Positions 17,964 through 24,076 of a DNA stretch of 24,076 nucleotides are shown piece after piece. The DNA is taken from positions 1 through 24,076 of the forward strand of contig JBGPXN010000065.1 in assembly GCA_041492755.1 (NCBI GenBank), given 5' to 3'. Under the pieces are notes generated by a model that saw nothing but the letters and a program-made list of their open reading frames with translations, was not told the DNA's origin and made no database searches. The first letter of the stretch is position 1, and the number at the start of each line of letters is the position of its first letter. Origin of the DNA: Candidatus Methylomirabilia bacterium (lineage in GTDB: Bacteria; Methylomirabilota; Methylomirabilia; Rokubacteriales; CSP1-6). The position numbers were made by a program, and so were the translations under genes.

Positions 17964-19268
17964 ATGGCGATCACCGACCGCTACGGACTGCCGGTCACGA
18001 CGTCGTCGCCCGTCGCCGCCGAGCGCTTCCAGGCCGGCATGGACAGGCTGCTGTCGTACGGTGCCGGCGCCGACCAGTGGTTTGCGGCGGCCCTGCACGC
18101 CGACGACCGGCTGGCCGTCGCGCACGCGGGGGTCGCGCTCCTTGCCCTGGCCCAGGGCGACGCGGTGACGGCGCGCGCGGCCGCCGGCCGGGCGCGCGAG
18201 ACCGTCGCCGGCGCGACCCGGCGTGAGCGGCAACACGTCGAGGCGTTGAGCGCCCTCATTGCCGGGGAGACCGCGCGCGGACTCGCCCTGGTGGACGAGC
18301 ACGTCGGGGAATTCCCGCGCGACGCCTTGCTCGTCAACCAGGCCGGAAGCGCCATCGGGTTCGCCGGCGGTAGCGACCGCGAGCAGCAGCGCATGGCGTT
18401 CCTCGAGGGCCTGGCCCCCGCCTACGGCGACGACTGGTGGTTCCAGTCGGCGCTGGCGTTCACCTACCACGAGATGGACCGGTTCGAGGAGTCGCGGCGC
18501 CTGTCGGAGCGCTCGCTCGATCAGTGCCCGGGCAATGCCAACGCGAGCCACAACATCGCGCACATCCACTTCGAGACCGTCGACAACGAGGCGGGCGCGG
18601 CCTTCCTGGAAGGATGGCTGGCCGGCTACGACCCGCGCGCGTCGTTCCACTGCCACCTGGCCTGGCACCTGGCGATGTTCGAGTTGCACTGCGGCCGCTA
18701 TGCGAGCGCGCTCGAGATCTTCCGGCGCGACATCCTGGGCGCGGTGAATCCGAGGCTGGCGATGATCGACGGCTCGGCGCTCTTGTGGAGGTTCCGGCTC
18801 GACGGCTGGGACGAGCAACGCCTGGCGTGGCGGCCGCTCGCCGACCTCGCCGGGCGGGTCTCGCGGCCGGGTTTCGTGTTCGGCGAGATCCACGCGGCGC
18901 TCGCCTACGCCTCCTGTGGCGACCAGACCGCGCTCGCGAAGCTGATCGATGGCCTGCGGGCTCTGGACGCAAAGGGACATCCGATCGCGGGCACGGTGGC
19001 GTTGCCGCTGGTGCAGGGGACGGCGGCGTTCGTGGCCGGCGACCACGCCACGGCGCTGAACCACTTCGAGCCCGTCGAGGGCGAGATGCATCGCGTCGGC
19101 GGCAGCCACGCCCAGTGGGAGCTGTTCGAAGAAACGATGGTGGCGTGCTATCTCGAGCTCGAGCGCTACGACGACGCCATCCGCCTCGTACGCCGGCGCC
19201 TGCAGCGCCGCCCGTCGCCGCGCGATCTCCGCTGGCTCGACCGCGCGAAGGCCGGGCTCACCGGGTGA
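17964..19268 (+). CDS. Tetratricopeptide-repeat protein, TTC38-like
   Basis: Start MAITDRYGLPVTT at 17964. Helical repeats with AFTYHE, ASHNIAHIHFE, HCHLAWHLAMFEL, DGSALLWRF and RVGGSHAQ motifs typical of TTC38-like proteins. Confidence 0.82.
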   Translation: MAITDRYGLPVTTSSPVAAERFQAGMDRLLSYGAGADQWFAAALHADDRLAVAHAGVALLALAQGDAVTARAAAGRARETVAGATRRERQHVEALSALIAGETARGLALVDEHVGEFPRDALLVNQAGSAIGFAGGSDREQQRMAFLEGLAPAYGDDWWFQSALAFTYHEMDRFEESRRLSERSLDQCPGNANASHNIAHIHFETVDNEAGAAFLEGWLAGYDPRASFHCHLAWHLAMFELHCGRYASALEIFRRDILGAVNPRLAMIDGSALLWRFRLDGWDEQRLAWRPLADLAGRVSRPGFVFGEIHAALAYASCGDQTALAKLIDGLRALDAKGHPIAGTVALPLVQGTAAFVAGDHATALNHFEPVEGEMHRVGGSHAQWELFEETMVACYLELERYDDAIRLVRRRLQRRPSPRDLRWLDRAKAGLTG

Positions 19269-19293
19269 TCTGTCGTGAACGACGAGCCTGGCG

Positions 19294-19500
19294 TCACACG
19301 CACTGCGCGCGGTCGGGCCGTTGCGACTCCGCCACGCGCTGGTCCTGGCCGAAGATCGTCCGCTTGAAGGCCTGGATCACCTCGTCGGGCTGCTCCAGGT
19401 TGTAGTTCCGGACGCTTCGCGCGAGGCGGCCTCGAACGTGCTGCGGATCGCCATCGCGACGGTGCAGGCATTTGTGCGCGGCGAACGGCTGCACGTCGTC
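19294..19500 (-). pseudogene. Fragment of a Rieske oxygenase alpha-subunit catalytic (VanA-like C-terminal) domain
   Basis: VQPFAAHKC...RNYNLEQPDEVIQAFKRTIFGQDQRVAESQRP matches the RN(F/Y)...IFxxDxxxxESQ iron-ligand helix. No Rieske CxH...CxxH domain upstream, and the frame ends prematurely. Confidence 0.6.
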
Positions 19501-19632
19501 AACGGCGTATAGTCCGGCGTGCGTTCATGGAGTCCGATGCTCAGGTCGGCAAGATCGTCGTGCGCGTCTGAGGTAGGTCGCCGCTCGCGGATCAGCTCAT
19601 CGCTCGCGCATCATCACGACTCGGAGGATTTC

Positions 19633-20211
19633 ATGGGATGGAGTTGGATCGCGCTCGCGCGCGTTGCCTTGACGGCGGTCGTCCTTGCCAGTCCGCTCAC
19701 GGGATGGGGGCAGTCGGTTCCGGCGCCTCCGCCGGGTAGCGGCGCCGGCGGTCAGGGGCTCACGTGGACGGCGCCGGAGGGATGGACCGCGGAGACGCCG
19801 TCGTCGTCCATGCGCCGGGCCCAGTACCGCATCGCCGGGCCCGGCGGCCCGGCGGAGTGCGTCGTGTTCTACTTCGGGCCCGGCCAGGGTGGTGACGCGC
19901 AGTCGAACGTGTCGCGCTGGGCGGGGCAGTTCCGGCGCCCGGACGGCAAACCCGTGGGCGACGCGCTCAAGACGCGCGAGGTCACGGTCGGGAGCACGCG
20001 GGTCGTCTTGGTCGAGCTGACCGGCACCTACACGGGCGGCATGGGCCGCGCACCCACGGGACCCGAACGCCCGGACTACATGCTGCTGGGCGCCATCGCC
20101 GACGGCCCGGACGCGAAGTGGTTCTTCCGTGCGACCGGACCGCGGACGACGATCGAGCCCCAGCGTGCGGCGTTCGAGCGAATGATCCGCTCGATCAAGC
20201 GCGGCACCTAA
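19633..20211 (+). CDS. Exported hypothetical protein (192 aa) with signal peptide; possibly PsbP/Mog1-like fold
   Basis: SD GGAGG then ATG at 19633. Hydrophobic N-terminal segment, then conserved-looking PEGW..ETPSSSMRRAQY, GGDAQSNVSRWAGQF and WFFRATGP segments. Codon usage fits the genome. Confidence 0.8.
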   Translation: MGWSWIALARVALTAVVLASPLTGWGQSVPAPPPGSGAGGQGLTWTAPEGWTAETPSSSMRRAQYRIAGPGGPAECVVFYFGPGQGGDAQSNVSRWAGQFRRPDGKPVGDALKTREVTVGSTRVVLVELTGTYTGGMGRAPTGPERPDYMLLGAIADGPDAKWFFRATGPRTTIEPQRAAFERMIRSIKRGT

Positions 20212-20254
20212 CGCGACGGCACGCGGCTGGAAGCGCAGGCACGTGGAGGCAACC

Positions 20255-20329
20255 ATGCGTGGAACATTTCGCTACGGAATCCTGATGGGGAAGAACCCGA
20301 GCTGGATCGAGAGCGTGGATCGTCCATGA
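20255..20329 (+). CDS. Putative 24-aa small ORF or truncated gene start
   Basis: GGAGG-caacc-ATG; MRGTFRYGILMGKNPSWIESVDRP*. Confidence 0.35.
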   Translation: MRGTFRYGILMGKNPSWIESVDRP

Positions 20330-20359
20330 GCGTGGCGCGGTGCCGAGCGTCGTAGCGCG

Positions 20360-20761
20360 GTGGCGATCCGTGTCGTCCGCCTCGGAACGCCCCGCGCGAA
20401 GGACGAGGGCCTGCGGCTGGGCACGGTGCGGCGGCCGCCGCGCGGCGTGCGAAAAGAGGACTACGCGAGGCGGGACTACTTCGACGTGTGGCTCCCGGAG
20501 CTCGCGCCGAGCTCCGAGCTGGTGAGCTGGGCCCTCTCGACGCCGTTCACGGATCCGCGGTGGGCCCGTTACGTGAAGAGCTACCGCCGCGAGATGCAGG
20601 CGCCCGAGCGCCGGCGGGCCCTCGAGCTCCTGGCCCGGCTATCCGGCCAGACGAACTTCTCGGTGGGCTGTTACTGCGAGCGTGAAGACCGGTGTCATCG
20701 CTCGATCTTGCGAGAGCTCCTGGCCGAGCATGGCGCCGACCTCGCCTCCGATGCCCCGTGA
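20360..20761 (+). CDS. DUF488 (YeaO-like) family protein
   Basis: RLGTVRRPPRGVRKED, DVWLPELAPS.EL, YRREM and GCYCEREDRCHRSIL motifs. Confidence 0.88.
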   Translation: MAIRVVRLGTPRAKDEGLRLGTVRRPPRGVRKEDYARRDYFDVWLPELAPSSELVSWALSTPFTDPRWARYVKSYRREMQAPERRRALELLARLSGQTNFSVGCYCEREDRCHRSILRELLAEHGADLASDAP

Positions 20762-20881
20762 TTTTCGCGTGGGATGCCTTCTCGTCCCGGATCGTACGAA
20801 CGCGGACACCCGGTGTCGCGGGGCCAACACTCGCGCGCCCGACCGTCCGCCGAAACACGCGAAAAGCGCGTGGTCCGCGAG

Positions 20882-20897
20882 TGGCGCGTCTCTTGCT
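20882..20897 (+). promoter_or_regulatory. sigma54 (RpoN) -24/-12 promoter upstream of mreB
   Basis: TGGCGCG-tctc-TTGCT with exact GG-N10-GC spacing, 42 nt upstream of the ATG at 20940. Confidence 0.7.
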
Positions 20898-20939
20898 CGA
20901 CTGCGACCGGCGGCGCGCCCGTTCGCGCCAGGAGAGCGT

Positions 20940-21974
20940 ATGGTCCTCAACGTCCTGAGCCGCTTCTTCACGCGCGATCTCGCGATCGATCTCGGCACCG
21001 CGAACACGCTGGTGTTCGCGCGCGGCGAGGGCATCGTGCTCGACGAGCCGTCGATCGTCGCCGTTCGTGCCGCCGACAGCACACTGGTGGCCGTCGGCAC
21101 CGCCGCCAAGGCGATGCTGGGTCGCACACCGGGGAACGTCTCCGTGGTGCGCCCGCTCAAGGACGGCGTCATCGCCGATCTGCGGATGGCCCAGACGATG
21201 CTCCACGCCTTCATCGCCCGCGCGCACGGTCGGGAACGGACGCGCCTGAAGTCGCGGGTGGTGGTCGGGGTGCCGTCGGGTATCACGCAGGTCGAGCGGC
21301 GCGCCGTGCGCGAATCCGCGCTCCATGGCGGCGCGCGCGAGGTGTATCTGGTCGTCGAGCCGGTGGCGGCGGCCATCGGCGCCGGCCTGCCGATCTCCGA
21401 GGCGGGAGGCAACCTCATCGTGACGATCGGCGGCGGCACCACCGAGGTGGCGGTGCTCTCGCTCTCCGGCGTCGTCCACTGTGAGTCGCTGCGCACGGCC
21501 GGCGACGAGATGGACGAAGCCGTCGCTCAGTACGTGCGCAAGCACCACAATCTGCTCATCGGCGAGCGGCAGGCCGAGGCGGTGAAGCTCGCGCTGGGCT
21601 CGGCGTGCCGGGTCGACGACGAGTCGCGCAAGATGATCGTGAAGGGCCGCGACCTCGTCTCGGGCTTCCCGAAGACGATCACGGTCACCGAGGAGGAGAT
21701 CCGTGAGGCGCTTCGCGAGCCGGTGACCGCGATCGTGCACACCGTGCGCGCGTGCCTCGAGCGGACGCCGCCCGAGCTCGCGGCCGACATCGTGGAGAGG
21801 GGCATCGTGATGTCGGGCGGCGGCGCGCAGCTGCGCGGCCTCGATCAGCTCCTGCGCCTCGAGACGGGCCTGGCCGTTACCATCGCCGACGATCCGCTGA
21901 CCTGCGCGGTGCGCGGCATCGGCAGGATGCTCGACGAGATCGAGCTGCTCAGGAAAGTCGCCATCCCCAGCTAA
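20940..21974 (+). CDS. mreB: MreB-family actin homolog (orphan, divergent)
   Basis: SD AGGAG then ATG at 20940. Amphipathic N-terminus, DLAIDLGTANT, EPSIVA, RPLKDGVIAD, GVPSGITQVERRAV, EPVAAAIGAG, IGGGTTEVA, KGRDLVSGFP, LERTPPELAADI and GGGAQL motifs. Confidence 0.95.
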   Translation: MVLNVLSRFFTRDLAIDLGTANTLVFARGEGIVLDEPSIVAVRAADSTLVAVGTAAKAMLGRTPGNVSVVRPLKDGVIADLRMAQTMLHAFIARAHGRERTRLKSRVVVGVPSGITQVERRAVRESALHGGAREVYLVVEPVAAAIGAGLPISEAGGNLIVTIGGGTTEVAVLSLSGVVHCESLRTAGDEMDEAVAQYVRKHHNLLIGERQAEAVKLALGSACRVDDESRKMIVKGRDLVSGFPKTITVTEEEIREALREPVTAIVHTVRACLERTPPELAADIVERGIVMSGGGAQLRGLDQLLRLETGLAVTIADDPLTCAVRGIGRMLDEIELLRKVAIPS

Positions 21975-21977
21975 TTT

Positions 21978-22190
21978 CTCCAGTGAGCCCTCGCGGTGGA
22001 TCGCGTCCACGGGGCAGCCCACCAGGCAATACGGATCGGCGCAGGACCGGCAGGTGCCGGCCACGAGGTACTTGTCGAATCGCAGGCCCTCGTGGACCTG
22101 GCGGGTGACGCCGTCGTGGGTGTCGGCGCACGCCTTGACGCACTGATCGCAGCGCGTGGACGCCTCGAGGTCCAGCACGAGAAGCTTCTG
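21978..22190 (-). pseudogene. Fragment of a 4Fe-4S dicluster (DmsB/HycB-like) domain
   Basis: QKLLVLDLEASTRCDQCVKACADTH...TCRSCADPYCLVGCPVDAIHR. The first Cys of CxxCxxCxxxC is Ser, there is no start or SD, and the similarity stops at the mreB stop before the third cluster motif. Confidence 0.72.
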
Positions 22191-22222
22191 GGTTCCGCCG
22201 CAGGACGTACAGCCGCGCCCGT

Positions 22223-23137
22223 TCAGCCCCCCTTGAGCCGCGGGTCGAGCAGGTCGCGGAGCGCGTCGCCGAGCATGTTGAAGCCGAACACCGCGAGCGA
22301 GAGCGCGATGGCCGGCCACAGCGCGAGCCAGGGGGCCCGGTACATGTGGTCGAGGCCCGCCAGCGAGAGCATCCCACCCCACGTCGGATAGGGCGGCGGC
22401 ACGCCGAGCCCGAGGAACGACAGGCTCGCCTCGATCAGGATCACGGTGGAGAGCCCGGTCGTGGCCACGACGATGATCGTCGGCACGATGTTGGGCAGGA
22501 TGTGGGTGACCGTGATCCGCAGATGCCCCGAGCCCATCGCCCGCGCGCCCTCGACGTACGTGTGCTCCTTGATCGACAGCGCGACGCTCCGCACGATGCG
22601 CGAGTTCTGGATACCGAAGGCGAATCCGAGCACGAGGGTGATGTTGACCACGCTCGGCCCCAGCAGCGACATGATCGACATGAGGATCAGCAGGCCGGGA
22701 AAGGCCATCCAGGCGTCGACCACGCGCTGGAGGAGCAGATCGACACGGCCACCCCAGTACGCGGAGAAGATGCCGAGCACGGTGGCGAGGACGCTGCCGA
22801 GCGTCACCGCGCCGAAGCCCACGTAGAGTGAGATGCGCGCGCCGTAGAGGATCCGCGTCAGCATGTCGCGGCCGAGCTGGTCGGTGCCGAGCCAGTGCGC
22901 GGCGTTCGCGGGGACGAAGCGCTCGCGGAGGTTCGTCTCGGAGAATCCGTACGGCGTCAGCACGCCGGCGAGGACGGCGCCGAGGAGCATGGTCAGCACG
23001 ATCACGCCACCGATGGTGCCGAGCGGCTTCCTCCGGAGCATCCGCACCCAGACGTCCGTGTACCACGGCCGGGTGCGCGGCAGCGCGCGGACGTCGAGGC
23101 GGAGCGGGCGGGTGGACGCGGGGGCGATGGTGGCCAT
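22223..23137 (-). CDS. Peptide/nickel ABC transporter permease (DppC/OppC-like)
   Basis: Start MATIAPAST at 23137. HWLGTDQLGRDMLTRILYGARISL, YVEGARAMG (EAA loop), HILPN and EASLSFLGLGVPPPYPTWG motifs. Confidence 0.95.
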   Translation of the reverse strand: MATIAPASTRPLRLDVRALPRTRPWYTDVWVRMLRRKPLGTIGGVIVLTMLLGAVLAGVLTPYGFSETNLRERFVPANAAHWLGTDQLGRDMLTRILYGARISLYVGFGAVTLGSVLATVLGIFSAYWGGRVDLLLQRVVDAWMAFPGLLILMSIMSLLGPSVVNITLVLGFAFGIQNSRIVRSVALSIKEHTYVEGARAMGSGHLRITVTHILPNIVPTIIVVATTGLSTVILIEASLSFLGLGVPPPYPTWGGMLSLAGLDHMYRAPWLALWPAIALSLAVFGFNMLGDALRDLLDPRLKGG

Positions 23138-23145
23138 GCCGTCAC

Positions 23146-24076
23146 CTACCGGTAGCGAATGCGCGGGTCCAGGAACGCATACGAGAGATCGACGAGGAGG
23201 TTCAGGCCGACGACCATCGTCGCGACGATCAGGTTCACCGACTGCACGACCGGATAGTCCAGGCGCGTGAGCGCCTCGAAGAAGAAGAGGCCGACGCCGG
23301 GGAGGCGGAAGATCGCCTCGATGATCACCGAGCCGCTGATGTAGAGCGGCATCTGGAGCCCGACCAGGCTCACGACCGGAATCAGCGCGTTCTTCAGGGC
23401 GTGTCGCAGCACGATCGCCCGCTCGGGCAGCCCCTTCGACCACGCCGTGCGGATGTAATCTTGCCGGAGCACCTCGAGCAGGGCCGACCGCATGATGCGC
23501 ATGATCGGGCCCGCACGCGTCACGCCGAACACGAGGGCCGGCACGCTGAAGATCTTGAGGTTGGCGAGTGGGTCCGTGGTGAACGGCACGTAGGTCCACA
23601 CCGGCGTCCACTTGAAGTAGATCGACGGGAGGACGACGACGAGCACGGCGAGACCGAAGTACGGGACCGACAGGGCCAGGATGGCGAGCACGCGCCCGAC
23701 GTAGTCGGAGAGCGTGTCCTGCCGGACCGCGGAGATGATCCCGACCAGGATGCCGATCACCACGGACACGACGATGGTGAGCGCGGCGAGCTCGAGCGTC
23801 ACCGGGAACCGATGGACGAACTCTTCGAGGATCGGCTGGCGGGTCCAGTAGGAGCTGCCGAAGTCGCCGCGCAGGACGATGCCGCCGACCCAGTCGAGGT
23901 ACTGCGCGTAGGCGGGGCGGTCGAGTCCGAGCTCCTTGCGGAGGGCTTCGACCGTCGGCGCGTACGCCTGCCCCTCCACCATGCGGATCACGACGTCGCC
24001 CGGCATGAACCGCATCAGCGAGAACACGATCACGCTCACGAGGACCAGCGTCGGCACCGCGAGCGCCAGCCGGCGG
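23146..24076 (-). CDS. Peptide/nickel ABC transporter permease (DppB/OppB-like); 5' end just outside the window
   Basis: RRLALAVPTL...PGD, LGLDRP..QY, GDFGSS, FPVTLEL, QDYIRTAWSKG, HALKNALIPV and DLSYAFLDPRIR motifs. Confidence 0.95.
   Translation of the reverse strand, partial: RRLALAVPTLVLVSVIVFSLMRFMPGDVVIRMVEGQAYAPTVEALRKELGLDRPAYAQYLDWVGGIVLRGDFGSSYWTRQPILEEFVHRFPVTLELAALTIVVSVVIGILVGIISAVRQDTLSDYVGRVLAILALSVPYFGLAVLVVVLPSIYFKWTPVWTYVPFTTDPLANLKIFSVPALVFGVTRAGPIMRIMRSALLEVLRQDYIRTAWSKGLPERAIVLRHALKNALIPVVSLVGLQMPLYISGSVIIEAIFRLPGVGLFFFEALTRLDYPVVQSVNLIVATMVVGLNLLVDLSYAFLDPRIRYR

Noticed and set aside
20547..23066. 839-aa minus-strand ORF as a single protein
   Set aside because: It is an off-frame read of the permease plus the antisense of mreB. 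Only the 71-codon Cys-rich segment looks like real protein and is reported as a pseudogene fragment.

Overview
A 24-kb, very GC-rich bacterial chromosomal segment. Gene content and style are suggestive of Candidatus Rokubacteria/Methylomirabilota, but this is inference only. Left half (minus strand): lepB (partial) and lepA; a translationally coupled nucleotide-sugar cluster (ugd, UDP-glucuronate decarboxylase, GalE-like epimerase, Trm112-like protein, mannose-1-P guanylyltransferase-like NTP transferase); a 66-aa YegP-like gene behind a sigma54-type promoter; a caa3-type cytochrome c oxidase cluster (subunit II with cytochrome c, fused subunit I+III, subunit IV, CtaG); and an M20 amidohydrolase. 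Right half (mostly plus strand): a divergent pair of acyl-CoA dehydrogenases, two different CE4 (PuuE-like and HpPgdA-like) hydrolases, a TTC38-like TPR protein, an exported hypothetical protein, a DUF488 protein and an orphan MreB. The window ends with two converging peptide/nickel ABC permeases. Most notable observations: (i) the orphan MreB has a sigma54-type promoter and Thr in place of the conserved phosphate-2 Asp; (ii) several genes appear to be transcribed as leaderless mRNAs; (iii) most larger intergenic gaps in 15.7-22.2 kb hold apparent decayed gene fragments (Rieske oxygenase, 4Fe-4S protein and others); (iv) the HpPgdA-like enzyme has His in place of the first motif-1 Asp. No rRNA, tRNA, CRISPR array or transposase was recognised. 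All family assignments come from motif recognition, not database searches.
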